Below, piece after piece: positions 25,701 to 40,734 of a stretch of 64,000 nt of DNA (the stretch's first letter is position 1; each line of letters opens with the position of its first letter). Below the pieces are notes generated by a model. It saw only the letters and a list, made by a program, of their open reading frames with translations. It was not told the DNA's origin and did no database searches. Origin of the DNA: Lingula anatina (taxonomy: Eukaryota; Animalia; Brachiopoda); assembly GCA_051362555.1 (NCBI GenBank), contig CM120642.1, positions 31,620,001 to 31,684,000 of the forward strand, read 5' to 3'. The position numbers and the translations under genes are program-made.

Positions 25701-26555
25701 GTGGTGCTGAAGATGAGCAGGCTAGGGGGTGTGACCAAAACTAAACAAGTATGAACAAAGTCGAATGTTTAATTCTCGTACATATGCGTCAGACTTTTCG
25801 AATAGCAAATTGTTAGCGGTGTGACAGGAATGGTATTCCGCTAGGAACAGTGGCCCCCAATTTTTGTACAGATGAAATCAATCCCATATACTCACCCAAT
25901 ACTGTGATTAACCCTAGACTGTAGTTAACATATGGGACCCGGACCTTCATTCGTAGGACTACCATTCCTGTCAGACCGAATGTAAATAATACCAAACGGA
26001 TGTCATATTCTAGTTTTAATCTCTTCAGGCAAGGGACCTGTGTGTCAACCTTGGCATCGCTGCCAGAATTGAAGACCCCTGGGGAGGTGAAATCGCTTCT
26101 GCAGCCATTGCCCACCTGGCCCACAGCACCCCGGAAAAATACCGCATACCGGCCATAGATCTCAATAACTACAACTCTGTACGTTGACTACTGTGCTTTT
26201 TATTTTTATTCATTTTTTCTGGTCATGATTTTTTTCATTATTATTGTGTTTTACCCCACCTATGTTCCTTTCCCTCGTATTCCCTTGGTTATCTTGATAA
26301 TGAATGACAATGACACTTCATTTGTACCCTTTCATTTGTGTAAAATGATTTAAGATCAATCAATATAAGCATTTCGTCTACTGAATACCATTTAAAGGAT
26401 GAACCCTGAACGTACACGTTTGTCATATTCTTCAGGTAAAGATTGCTGAAGGCGGACCAGTGAGAGTGAATGGAACAATAGCCGCCAATAAAGGTCCCGG
26501 ATTGGGGATTACCCCCTGCATGGATGTCCTCGGCGATCCTGTTCTCACAATGTAG
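22788..26555 (+). CDS. Enolase-superfamily (mandelate racemase/MLE subgroup) enzyme, cis-3-hydroxy-L-proline dehydratase / 4-hydroxyproline betaine 2-epimerase-like (366 aa)
   Basis: Exons 22788-22934, 24526-24631, 24914-25149, 25407-25748, 26029-26178, 26436-26555, all GT-AG and in frame. Motifs: MKITKISVY..DSTVV..TDAGISGFGE, KSPIDMACWDILGK..LPLCTLLGGR, FQLKVG, metal ligands D(PN), E(QPC), D(ES), LKMSRLGG, EDPWGGEI..AAIAHLAHSTP, GPGLGI. Confidence 0.9.
23669..24007. mobile_element. Kolobok-like MITE with TTAA target-site duplication
   Basis: Near-perfect TIRs (agggataataactcttcgt / acgaagtgttattatccct) flanked by TTAA at 23665-68 and 24008-11. Located in intron 1 of the enolase-family gene. 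Confidence 0.75.
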
Positions 26556-27057
26556 TGCGTGTACTTGTGCATGAGATCTTCAAAATGACCTATTTCTTCC
26601 CGAATCCCTTATTATAATTTTAATATATGAAGGCGCCACAAAGTATCACAATACCAAAAAAGAGTTCATCTTTTGTTAAAAACACCATAACCAGCGCGTG
26701 AGATTTGCGAAGTAAAAAGTGTGTGCAACCCTACATTAAGTCTGCTGCCATACCTAATACCATCTAATAAAACTGAAAAAACAAATTAATAAATAAAAAT
26801 TTAAATTGTTGAACCAGGCTTAATAATCTGATCATCCACTAGTAGGCAACCAACAGCAATTACTGACAGATTGAAATTGAGCACCTGCGTTCTACACACA
26901 ATATGAATCGTCACTAGATTTGTTAATAATCATTAGCTTTCCTGTCGAAATCTCAAAATATCTTCGAATTTTATTATATGCATTTAGATATACATTTAGT
27001 ATCAACGTCCCTCAACTGTATCGGGCATATACTCCAATGAAACAGAGCCATCATTTA

Positions 27058-30000
27058 TTATGCGTTGACGAACCAAGGTTTGAATGTGCCAGGCTCACTG
27101 GGTGGAAACTGAAAAAGGAATACTTATCATTACAATGTATTATTACTTTTATTAAATTTTAAGTTAAATAACATAACAGACGACTAGGACAGAACTCAAA
27201 CACTGCAATTACATGTATCTGTGTCTGAACATTACGACTTCTACTTGAACTGGGTACTACAGCTGGTGAATCGAGGAGTGAGTGATTATGCTGAGAAATA
27301 TCTTTGGATTTACTAACTCGAAATCAAATGTATTGTTTATTGTTTAATTTCATTCTAGATGTAAGAACGCGTCATAAGCTTTTGCGTATCAGTTAATCTA
27401 AGGACAAAATGATTTAAAAGTTGGTACCTGTTTGGTGAACTGATCCTCGCACGCCATTCTAATTCTCTCTGACGTAGCGGGACTATCCAAACGAAACGCT
27501 CGTGACTTGCCAGCGTCTGCGCGCGCAGAACTTATCGCATCCTTGATGGCATAAAAGACTGACGCTGCCAACATCAGGGGAGGCTCACCAACACCCTGAT
27601 TGAATGACATGAAACAGAAATAAAATAAACAATTCTACAAATTATATAGCAATATTGCTGAAGTAGATTGATAATGATAATAAAAAGGGAGCTATCATGA
27701 ATTTAATAATGAGGAATGAGCATGAACATCAAGTTATTTCAACAATGTGATATTTCAACATCATTTCAATATTTTGACCTATGTTCCACAAGAACAACCA
27801 AAATGTTCTCACCTTAGAGGAATAAATCGCTCTTGGATTCGAAGCCCCCTTCAAGAAAGAAACATTGAACACTACTGGAACATCACCACATCCGGGTATC
27901 TTATAACTTCCGGGACCTCGGTTGAGGAGGCTTCCTTCAGGAGAATATTTGAGGTGTTCCAGCGTGACAAACCCGCAACCCTTTAAAAGTGAAACAACCA
28001 TAAGGGGTTGAATGTACCGGTATTCAACTTTTAAATGTACTTTGATCCAAGGAAATTAAACAAGGTGTCTGACAAATGATAATAAACATTAGATACCATT
28101 AGGAAACACCATTTACCATAACGCAGCATTCCAACAGCACATGTTTTTTAATAAATGTAATATGGCCCTGATTTAGGTCAGTTAATGGATGATGTATCTT
28201 GATTTATAATTCTCAAGAAGCCTGTATACAGTGACTATAACTGAAAATGGGGTAAAATCGACTCTCTCACACTATATCTTAGTACCCATACAATTACAAT
28301 TTACTCAACAGGCTGTTTAATTACGAATGCCAACTACAAGAGGATAAATCAATCCTTGTGCGCACCCAGCCACTTACACTGAGGTAAGTCTCGGGTCGTT
28401 ATGCTGGTTTCTTTCTGACTACGTTTACAAGTGGCACATAAGGCCTGCTGGTATATCTTGTAGTACACACCAAGTTTGGTCAACCCAATGAAAACAAGCC
28501 TAAATATAGACGCACCCACACACAGGTGCGCAAACTAATCTTAATTACCTGCAGAAAGGCCCCCTCTATCTGGCCGATGTCAATCATTGGGTTCAAGCTC
28601 TTCCCCACGTCCATGACAATATCTGTTCGCCGCACCTGAAATTATGCCATTCCAAAGTTGGACTATTACTATTACACGAAGCAAAATAGTTATAAACTCT
28701 TTGTGTTTTGTCTTGCAAAATTAAAAAAAAAATATCCCTCTGGTTTGATAATTGATACATTGTACATACTAAAATATAAGACGGTAAAGGCTTATTGTAT
28801 TATATTCCATTGCCATCTTATAATTCAAATGTATAGATTAGTGCCCCATCCTACAACGGGCTTGCAACCGCTGGGAGAAGGAATTTTGCCCCCCTCATTC
28901 CATTTGAGTGGGGCTTTGACAATATTTGACAGCCAATATGGAATTCAGTCATCAGTAGCTTTTTTTTTTGTTTCTCTTGTTTCACATTTATGAGACTGGA
29001 CCAAATTTCGTTCCGAAAAGCAGTCTCATTCGGAAGCCCAAAGTGAAACAGCTTTTTAAAACACGGCATATTCACCAAATAATCTCAACAATTTGAACAC
29101 TTAAAGAAAATCCTTTCTGCGTGGAATCGAGGCAATATCTTTTAAAGAAAAAACAGCGCATACATACCACGTGACTTCCGGTCAGGCAGTCTATCTCCAC
29201 TTCTGTGCACGCGGCGCCAAAGGTGAAGTAATTGAACCTCATCCCAGTATTGGTTTTGGGATCGTAGCCAACATCTGGGGTCCTGGATAGGGGATGAAAT
29301 ACGCTGCTTAATACGCTGTTTAAAACTTAGTTTCAAAATAAAAGAATGTTCAGCTGTTAACGTGCAATTCGCAGAAAAACGAATTTATAATGTGTTGTGG
29401 CATGTTGTTTCACAAGTCTAGAATTGTCCGAAAATACCTTTGAGATTCCTAGAGGCGCAAAGTGTTTTGTTTTGTGAGATGGAGGTATGCACATTCACGA
29501 CGTCTAACGAAGGCGCGTGTATTGATACGAATTTGACTTAAACCAATACTTACTTATAGAACCCTGTGGTAGAAAGACTGACTCTATCCATGTACGCCGC
29601 TCTAACCTTTAATTTGACAAGATTATATTGTCATTGAAAAGGACAATGTAGTTAAGATTTGGTGGAATATCTTGGGCAATTGTATTCATAAGCTTCAATG
29701 GGCGTAACATCTTAAAGAACAACTTAAATCTAACATTATGTGAAACAACGTGTTGATCAGGAAAATTGGCTTGTTCACAGAAACTGTGAAATTCAAGTTG
29801 ATTGTTTTTTCTAGACATAATAAGGTGACAGCTTATGAAAGAGAGAATATAAAAACATGGCTTTGAGAAGAACCATGTTAATTTGGCATAAATGTCTCAC
29901 CCAGTCTTCCCAAGCGCCGTCAGGGTTGGCATCTATATACGGCTCCAATCTGTCCATAATTATCTCACAGCCTCTCTGAAATTGCAAAGAGAAGGGGAAA

Positions 30001-32572
30001 GACTAAATCATCATACCACTTATATTGCTATTACGTCATCAATACTAAATATGCATATGCACATGTACATACTCAATATTAACGCTTATTTTTCTCTACT
30101 AAAATTCCTCTTTTAAGCATCTGCTGCTGGTTGCAGAGGGAAATTGTTCAAAAAAGTTCCAATACAACCAGACATGCCCAAGGTTTACGGGTGTTTTTTA
30201 TATGCTCAACGCATGATCTTACCAAGACGGCCATGCCAAAGATGTCGGAACAGGAGCTTGCTCCAGAGACGGTGGCATTGGGAACAAGACTGGTGCTTGT
30301 CTCGCTAATGTGGATCTTTGATACGGGGATTTTCAACACTCTGCTGGCAATCTGAAGATGTATAGTAAGAATGATCAAATACAGCTTTTCCTAATGTCAA
30401 ACACTTTGGAAATTGAAAGTGAAAGTGCTTTTCGCAGTTTTGAGCTGATTACACCTTTGCTTTCAGGGGACAAAGGAAACACTCACGTGTTTGTTCAAGA
30501 TGAAAGAATCTATTTTAATTATTATGCACTAAACTGATCCTATGTTGCCCTTGCCTGTATAAGCTTAGTGTGAAGACCTTGTCCCATCTCTGTCCCTCCG
30601 TGTGTGATCAAGACGGAACCGTCGCCTTGGTAAACGTGTATTAGCGCAGCCCCCTGCAAAGAGAAATCCGTCCATTAGTTCTCCGTACATTGGTCTCGTT
30701 CTCGTTCTGGCTAATTTAAACTTTAAAAATTGCAAAGAAAATAAACTACAATTACTACTGCTGAATGGCAATTTTATTGTAATTCATAATTATATGTACA
30801 TTATTGTTTATGGTTTCTTCAAAAACAAATGTTTTATTTATCTTTGGTGGACCTTAAGGCCCCTATTTATTTATTTATAACACAAGTCCTCTGTCCGTCA
30901 AATACCTGGTCTAAGAATCCTGAGCCTCCATAGGAAACCCCATATTTTGTGGGAGTGATGGCGATTCCCCTTTTCTTCCAACGATTTTCGCTGAAACAAT
31001 TTAAGTGTTATATTTTAGCTCATTAAAATATTTTGTGTGTACCACGTGCCATTCCGCGATGAACTTCACTGCATTCCTTCAAGTTAAAGGAAAACTGATA
31101 TGATGGAAATGATGATGATAATAATAATAATAATAATAATAGTAAAATGAAATGAAATGAAATATAAGATAAGTAATATACATCAAAATAATTTTAAATT
31201 TATTCAAAGGACAATCAAATGCATACATCATAAAAAAATTCAGAGTTAATTCAGTAATTTACAGGAAAAAAGCCAAAAATCCACCGTGATCAAATGCGTG
31301 CATTTACACAATTTAAGCTTCAGCTACCTATTGAATACGTCGACTTCAGTCCTCCGAGTTACATAGTTGCTCTGTTCCAGCAGCTGATCCAAGCAGCCTT
31401 GCAGGTTGCAGTTGGTCACGTGTTGGTTGTAATGCGTCAAGCCGTTTTCTTTGTACATATTGAGTGCTTGCAACTACATCAGGGACAGCAATAGCAGGAA
31501 TGTTTTTTTTTAGGATTTTTCGACACAAGTGTATAAATATCAAGAGAGATATATCAAAACAGCAGAATGTACAGGAAAAAATCACCCTCTGTGACGGTTT
31601 GTTTTAAAGTACAAACAAATAGACACAACAAGTTTCTGAAAATTCAAACAATGAAAAATTATAACATTTTAATCACGAAATCTAATATTAGTGATGCTTT
31701 ATAAAACACAGTTACTTCAGTTAAAAATCTTGCATATTTAGACTTTACCTCCAATGGTGCAATATCAAGGTAGGCGGCAACGTCAAACATTACGTTTTCA
31801 CTGACAAATATACCCTGGGGTGAGCCATACCCCCTAAAGGCAGCGTTCGACGGCAAATTTGTCTTGCAGATGATACCAGTGACCCTCATATTAGGGATAA
31901 AGTAACTACCGTCCACATTAACCATGGTTTTGTCGAGAACCTGTGGAAAACGAGATCTTGATATTTTGATATTGATGAACATTTTAACCAGATATTTGAT
32001 ACAGGCCTGAATATACTTCAACTTCTTGAAAACGCCCTTCCATGTTACGTCGCGTAAAAACTGATTCATTTCATTAAATCTAAAAATATTAATTCGATGT
32101 TCTTCTAATAAAAGAGTTTTCTAGTGCTAATGTGTCAGTAGGTCTACATGTACCAAAAATTCGTAGAAGAAAAACACGTACCCCGACTGATGCCTCGGTG
32201 GAATGACCTGCGTTTGAGTACAGTGTCACGTCTAACGCCTCCAGGCGCCCTTCCCTGCTGAACCCCACCTAATGAAAAAAAAAAGGATGATCACAGTATA
32301 AAATACACGGAGGCGATAGCAGAATACTGCACAGAGTCAGCAATACCAACAGACACAAGGCTGGTGTGACAGAGTATAGCTTATCTAAGAATAACCATCG
32401 CCAATAATATGACGCCCAGTAACAAATACAAACTGTTTGTCCAAATTGTAATGTGAATTTGTCATGTTTGAGAAATATTGAAAGGTATAACAGGTACTCT
32501 GACACGTATCTTTGGAGATGTATCTCCCCCTCTCTCCTTCAATCACAAATTTATTTAATCACATCAGATATG

Positions 32573-32616
<44 letters not shown>

Positions 32617-32655
32617 GACAAAAACACACGCCCGTACACACACACACACACACAA

Positions 32656-32693
<38 letters not shown>

Positions 32694-35600
32694 CCATACA
32701 CATACACACACACACACACACACGCATATATTGCACAGTACCTTGTATTTTCCCAAGAGCGGGTGCCTCCCTCCAGAAATAAGCATGTCTTCGTGACGGT
32801 CCAGCATACAACGCACTGGACGATTAAATCTGGAAGATCAACACAGTTTTTTTTAAAGAAAATATTAGACATTACGTCATAATAGGCATAGAGCATGGCG
32901 ATAATATCACACGAGTTTAAATGTATAAAAGTAGATGCATGCAACCAACTCATTTTACATAAAAGTCGAGCTACAAGTACTTACATTTTCTGTAAGTGGC
33001 GTGCTTTTAATTAGCTTCTTTAATATTTTGACATTTCATACTTTGTAATACGGACACTACGTGAAAAACTCACTTCTTAGCCGCTATCAAGACTGGTAAC
33101 ATGACAACAAACGCTCGCGTTTGTTTACCTCCAAAACCACCCCCTGAAATAGCGTGGTAGTTCTGAGAATCCCATACATTAAATAGATATTGTAATAAAG
33201 AAATATTTTTATACTTTGAAAACAAACGCTCTTCCCTTTTTTTAACTTCCCTGGACTTAATTAATTAAAAGAAAGGAAAGCTAGACATTAAACACAAGCA
33301 AGCACTAGTATAGGACTTTTTAAAAAAATTATACTAAAACATAACTGAACTTGCCTATCCTCTTGACCCGGATGTTGATCCTATTAGCAGGAACGCCAAG
33401 GGCCTCGGCAGCCACTGCCTAGAAAATTTACAGCAGAAATAATAATTAAACCCGACATTAACATGCACATATAAAGAAGATATAAATCTGAAACGAAATT
33501 TTAGAAAACCACTTGCTCCTCAATGTGCCACAACCGAAGCCGTTAGACCTTCAACAAGATTAGGAATGACACCAAACAATGCAATAACCATAAATAACAT
33601 AGAATGGGATTTATCATCACTGAAACTGTCTTAAAGAAGTCAATAGAACACTTTCAATGATTCGGGACTTAACATATATAAGCCATCAGGGGTCGATCTA
33701 CCTGTGCAAAATGTGGCGCCTGTGTGGCACAAAACACCTCCATCTCGCCATCTTCTCCCCTGGGTACAGCACGCGTCACGTGCGTCTCCAGATAAAAGTG
33801 CGACTGACCACCCATCCTCAACTCCCCTTCCAACACGTGATCCGACTGACCAAAGCCCTTGTCCAGATCACCCTTTACGATTGTTCTTCCTCCCGGGAAG
33901 AATGACTCCGCCTTTATAGCATCCTGTGTAGTAAAAAATCACACTGATGTATTCGTTATGGTGACGACGACGACGACAAATTTAGAGTTCTAACATTTAT
34001 TAAACGCTTACTTATGAATTTAAGATTAATGAAAACGCAAGCGTTTATTTAAATTTTTACAGCATGTGAAAAACATAACTGGTAAAATCTGGAAAGCTGC
34101 TTTTTTGTTGCGTTGGATGCTATTTGGAAGTCAAACAACTTTTGTACCCTAGTTCAGGCAGTCGCCAGAATTAACAGATATATTGACTATTAAAATAGGA
34201 ATCTGTGTAATAAAAGATCCTATAACTTACCTCTATCGTTATAACAGCAGGTAGCTCCTTGTACTCAACTTTCACTTTCTTGGCCGCTCTCTGAGACTGG
34301 ATTCTTGAATTGGCGACTATGGCTCCAATCACCTGGCCGATACAATGGACCTATAGAAGATGAGACGGATTGTCAGAATATAATGGAGATTAGAGGTCTG
34401 TGTACCTAGTTACTTATCTCCGTGTTTCCCATTCCGTATTATGTAGGAGCATCTTTTCATTGATTAATTGGTTGATAAAAGTATCTAATGTCGATAGCAT
34501 CCCCTGAAATGTACATGATGTTCTAAAAACTGGTCAGGGGGAAATTCATTTTGGTATGGTAAATCCCGTATAGTGTACCTTTAAACTGCAGACGTAAAAA
34601 AGTGACATACTTTTTACGATGCTGTGCAACAACTGCCATACCTGTAATAATGATTCATACCTCTTCTGAAGCAAAAATCTCATCCTCATTAACCGGGCGT
34701 TTGATATTTGATCCCGGGACGTCTTTGTGGCACAGAAATGCATGCACTCCTGGCATGGCCAAAGCTTCATTGGCGTCAATACTTAGGATCTTGGCGTGAG
34801 CTTTGGTGCTAGTGACCAAAGTCAGGAAAAGTTCACCTGGAAGAACCAGGTCATGTTCTGAATGACTGTAAGTTGTTATTTCTATATTTTATCAAAGATT
34901 GAGAAGTACGGTAGACCCCCGTAAGGTTCTTTTGTTGCCTGGTGATATCCCATAACCTTGATAATATCAATATCACAAACCTTTTAATTTTGATTCTAAT
35001 TCACTATAAACATTTCACAGAATTAGGAGTCTATGAGAAAGAAATGAAATGAAATGAAACCGATATTTTCGCACTGTAAATGCCTTGGCCAGCTAAATGA
35101 ATTTTCGTCTATATTTTTTTTTAGAGAACAATTTTACGGGTCATAAAAGATGTGCCGAAAGACGGATTAGTGTCTTTGCATGAGACACTTTCTAGTCCAT
35201 ACCGTCTGCGCATGGCATATCATCATAATACTGCGCCTCTCCTGTGGTTTGCTGAACGCTGGACATGGTGGGCATTGGGCGTCCCACGGCATCGTCAAGT
35301 GACTGGTCGTCTGGCACATCCTCGTACACCTGAGTGCTTCGGCTTGGGTCTCTGTGAAACACGTGAGTGGCACTCATGTCAGAGGAGAGGACCTTGGGCG
35401 CAGGTTGCTCTTGCTGCCAAAAAGTCAAGAAATGGTGAGCGGCTTTAAAAAACTTTGCTTTATTACAATCTTTTGACACATTCCGATTTGATATTTCATA
35501 AAATAAATAATTAAGTAACTTTTTATTGCGTTTTTCTTTTGAGAGAGAGAGAGAGAGAGAGAGAGAAGGGGAGAAACAAAGAGCGGAATATAATGTACCT

Positions 35601-38600
35601 TGCACTGCATCAAGTGAAGTTGGACTGTCAAGTAGAATTTAAAGAAGAAGCTGCTGACCAACGTTCTTCTGTATTCCACTTGCCCGCCAGGTGCATCCTG
35701 GGATAGAGGAAGGTCGTCTGCAAGCCAGCGGCACATGTCTGGCACCAGATCATCCGCCCACCTCCTGTATTTAGATTTAGATTAAGATTTCGTATACAGA
35801 GTTTTTTTTTTATTTTTTGCTTTGGCAAAAATTGCGAAGAATATTTTTTCTTTTTGCACATATTTTACTAATGCTTAAAGATAAACATTACACATATTTA
35901 TACAAAAAAAAAAAAAAAATAAATAAATAAATAAAAAAACAAAACAAAACAAAACAAAATTTATGCTGTAGAAATTTAACCCCCTTTTGAATAAAAACGC
36001 GATGTACAAACCTTCCCTGTGCTTGCTTGGCTGCATTATGAGCCACCAAAGATGTCGTAGCCAGGCCGCCAAACACGAGAGACATATTGTCAATCACGTT
36101 AGAATTGTCCTGGAAGAGCACTCTGATACCGGCATTAACAATAGCAACGTCATCCTCACGTCGCTGGGCTTGCTTGTAACCATAACAATACTCATTCTGG
36201 AAAACCAACACATCCAATAACCATAAAATACCACATGTAAATAATCAGCTATTGTAAATTTCTTTTTTTAGATCTCTAAACGCTTTCCGTTTACTGCAAA
36301 AAGTAGATTTTTAAGAAGGGATCTTTTTTAAGCATGATACAAGCATTTTATGTAAAAAAATGTATCTCGAGCCACCTTCTTTGAGTAGGGTATGTGAACA
36401 GCCACCAGCACTTCCTTCTCCTGAACCAGCGTCTTTCTTTGGCTTATGAAGAAATTGTGATCAAGGGGCAATTTTCTTTTGCTCTGGTCTGAAAACAAAC
36501 AATTACATATGGAAAAATGCCCTCGTTGGTTCTAAACCTAGTTATATCTATACAGTCTTCAAACTTTAACCGTTTCTATTCAACATACAAAGTTACTCAG
36601 ATATCTTGCAAGTTAACGCACAGATTTAAGGATCCTGCCTGATCATTTAAAAAGTAACAATTCTATCATAGATTAATATTGTCACAATGTAACTTTGATC
36701 TCACAGTAATACATGTAGCAGCTTCTGGTAATAGCACCAACCTTTCGAAGCCAATGTAACATAGCACCCTGTAGCCATGAAGAGGGTATTTAGATCAGAA
36801 ATCCGCCGAGTAGTTAGGATATTTCCTGCAACGCACTGGGAAAAGACACCATCATACAATTTATGTCAAGGAATAATTTTTAAAGACTAAATCCCGGTTC
36901 CGTATACTATAATATAACTAGGGATATAAGGGTATCCTCTGGAATACGTTTATACATACATTTGAACATAACTATCATAGTCCTGTTGTATAAACAAAAG
37001 CGGTTTTAAAGAATACAGTATAGGTTCTTAAATAAAACGACATCCAAAACCATTCCTCTCTCTCTCTCTCTCTTCTATTCCACAATCTCTCTATTTCTCC
37101 GTGTGTGTGCGCATTACCTACCGCAACATTTCTGATTTGAGGTCCAGCAAACCACCTTAACATCTCTATGATAGCGGCATAGAAACGACTCTGGAATTCT
37201 AAGTTGAAGACAAATTTATTGATGTATATCACGACTGGGTGACTATTATGTCAGATCTCAACTTTGAGTACTATTCCGTGCTGTTTTCAGTTTCTTCTAA
37301 AGGTGAACACCAGAAAACAACTGATATCACGCTATTTATGTACCAGTATGTGTAGTGCGATTCATTCAGTAAAAGAAAAAAAAAACGATTATACTTGTCT
37401 GCAATGGCAATTCTCGATCGAAGTTTTCTCTTGCAATAAGCTTACTTTCACTTTCTATTTGACATAACAAGTATAGACTACCTGGCAGACGCTCCGACGC
37501 TTTAACAAGGACCTCTTCTAGCGTTGACAGAGTCACAGACCCTCCGATACTTATCTGGCTGTCTTCTTCCTTCACCTGGAGAAGTTCTGGCACGTGCCGT
37601 GCTGATATGACGACTGGATAGCAAATATTTCTGGCTCTCACTTCAATTCCTGGAAGTACTTGTACATGTATGTTGGATCAATCATGATTATTATAGACTA
37701 GTATAAATGATTAGCGCATACAATATTTGATACAACCCCATAGTCATGAAGATGAAGGTTATTTTAAATGCGCGTTTGAAAAAGGGGGTATAGCAAACTT
37801 AAAACTAATATTAACATTGTGACCACGTTGAGAGGGATTGACATAGACACAAACCAATTTCAGTATTTCCTGTTATCAAAATGGCTTCTGGATACTGTGC
37901 TTTCAGTTCTAAGAGCTGGTCCAAGGTTGTTGGTCTGTACCACGTGGTTCTCTCTCCCTTGAACACCAATAACTTCGATGAGAAGCCGTGCTGAAGCTGA
38001 ACATAATGTTAAAACATACAAATAAATGAGCAATAATGATCTGGAAAATAAAACGGCAATTTTTGCGCGTACCGGGGGTATTACGGTCTACATGTAGTAT
38101 GTGCTGCTGTATATCTTACGTAAAGGATCGTTGCTGGAGGCCTACATTTGATATTTTGTTTTTGTTTTTTTTCAATTAAGTATTGTTCAATTAAGTATTG
38201 TTCTGTACTGAACGTCGCACAGGGGGAATTTAAATTTATACTATTACAATTACAAATAAAAAATCTTATTTAATTAGGCAAAGTTTCGCCTTGAGTGTAG
38301 TAATGAAACATATCTTAAGTTAACCTGAAGTTCTGGTGGAAAAATGGGTTCCTGCGTCTGGTCTTCGGGCACATAGGCGCTAGGCGAACACGAGGCGGGT
38401 GCTGGTGCCTCACCAAGATCACCAGATTCTCGGTTCCTGCAGCACTCCTTGCCTCTCCCGCACAGGTTTTCCTCAGTGAAGGGTCTTATACCATCCAGGA
38501 TGGGCCGATATCCTGTACATCTGCATAAGTTACCTGTGAGTGTTATCAACATTAAATATTTTAACAAGTTATAACTTCTCGTTCAATTAGAAGCCGAGCT

Positions 38601-40690
38601 TTTGTTCTACTTTTTGTAAACTAGCATTGTTATGTTTTTGTCGAGGGTACATACATGTACTATTAAAGTCCTGTTTTAGGAGCCAAGTTTTCAAGTTGCG
38701 TATTTTAAAATAAACGCCAATACTGCATTTTCATAATAATTTACCAATTTGAAACTCGGTTACCCTGTTGCCCTCACGAGCCCCCCCCCCCCCTCCCCGT
38801 CACCCACTAATCTCAGTATAGAGAGAGAAAAATACCAAACCAGTATATCAATGAGCTGATTTCCAGATCCCTATCCCTTGCCTTGAAACGATTTTTCCAC
38901 TTCTTTCATGGAGGGCTTGGGTTTGTTCCGTAAGAGTGCATATGCTGACAACACAAACCCTGGAGTGCAGAAGCCGCACTGGGTACCATTGGCTTTGGCG
39001 ATCCTCTCCTGGTTTAACGAAAATCATAGATATCTTTGAAAAAAAAAAGCGTATCAAATTTGCATCCAGGTACGTTGCTTTAACTTAAAAGTAAAACAAA
39101 TAGTAAATCTGTGTTTGTAAATAGAAAAGTAAAATATACATGCCGAACGTATTGTCCGGCACCATTAGAATGGAGTAGAAAAAATTCGTTCATAAAAGAA
39201 TTGTATAAAAGGGTAATAGGCCTACTGGTTTACTAGTATCGGAATATAAGGTTATATTTTCTCACCTGGACTGGGTGGAGACGAGTTTTGGAGCTACCTA
39301 TGCCCTCTATCGTCGTGACTGCTAAACTATGCATAGAACAGACTGGCGCCAAGCAGGCATTGATAGCATAGTGACTGAAACCCAGTCAGGGGACATAACA
39401 CGGTGAATGACGAGTTTGGGTAGCGGCACGTTATGCGCATGCCCATGAAAAATATAAACGTTCGCTGTCTGAATATATGAAATGAATCTTTTAAGTTGAA
39501 TATTTCTGTCTCTTAATTTAAATTTTCTCCATTTCTTTATTTGCTTATTTATTAATTTTGAATGGTACAAGGCAATTGTAAATATAAGATGCACGCGCAC
39601 AGGATTGTACTTTAAAAAAACCCACGGCTAAAGCCCGAGGTAAAAAGGATACTAAACTTTCTGCGTGGCCTGGTCATATCTGGATACCATCACCGTGCAT
39701 GATCCGCATCCACCCTCGGCACAACCCAGCTTGGTACCAGTCAGCCGCACTGAGGCCGTTCGGTCAAGGAAATATTACGTGTGTCAATCATTTTTACTAT
39801 CTACAGAAATAACCCGAGTACTTGCAACGTCTTCAACAAGCATGAGTGTATCAGTGAAGGGATTGCAGGCCAGTAGCCGGAGGGTGGGGGTGGGGGTCCC
39901 CTTTGGATCAAATTTTATCTGGGTTTATGAATGTTTCATGTTAAAAGGTCCACTTTTTTAGAAACCCCCCCCCCCCCTTCTGAAATTGCTGGCTGCGGGC
40001 CTGGATTGCGACAGTAAATTATACTACATTGCAGGTGCAGAAGAGCAAACGCGCTTTCTCTCTCTCTCCTCTCTCTCTCTCAATTTAGAAACAATGCAGA
40101 GCAATGTGAGGGTAGCACGTGCCATTCATCAGAAAACATTTAAAAACAATACGATCTGATTTTATTATCATTGTTGGCTTTATCAGTAGGCACGTGTTTC
40201 TGGTAGCACTTGGCTGCCATTTACACGGGTTATCAACCACATGTTACATACGCCTGTGCTAATGTGATAAGCTGCTGGGCCTCTAATGGATTTTAATTAT
40301 TCAACTTTCAACAGAGATGATCACCAAAACTGCCTGTAGAGGTACAGGTCATGGTCCTTTAAAGGACAGAGGGCGATTTTTTAACAATCGGCATAAGGTT
40401 CAGCAGTTTCTTACACGTGAATTATAATTCCGAACATATATAAACGTTAATTACTGTGAAAAATAAAAATAAATCGAAATTAGGCGCAAAGGCACAGAGG
40501 CAAAAGATTGTGAGGAATATCTTTCGTATCGAATGATTTCAAAGAAATGATCTGAAAAGTGGACTTTTGTCCATTTTGTCGGTGAAAAGAGAAATTCAGA
40601 CATTTGAACAGCAAGGCTGAAGTCATCGACAATGCTATCATATCATTTCAATAGGGAAAACGCATTTTTATAAAATATTTCCTACACACA

Positions 40691-40734
<44 letters not shown>

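Noticed and set aside
22788-26555. Bacterial contamination as the source of the enolase-family gene
   Set aside because: It has five canonical spliceosomal introns, a host-type MITE in intron 1, and is contiguous with animal genes.
27230-27295. Candidate last exon of the XDH/AOX gene
   Set aside because: It gives an immediate stop or non-homologous sequence; the exon at 27108-27058 provides the conserved KPW terminus.
32453-32953. ORFs with HTHTHT / CVCVCV repeats
   Set aside because: Translations of a (CA)n microsatellite; only the embedded XDH exon at ~32742-32829 is real.
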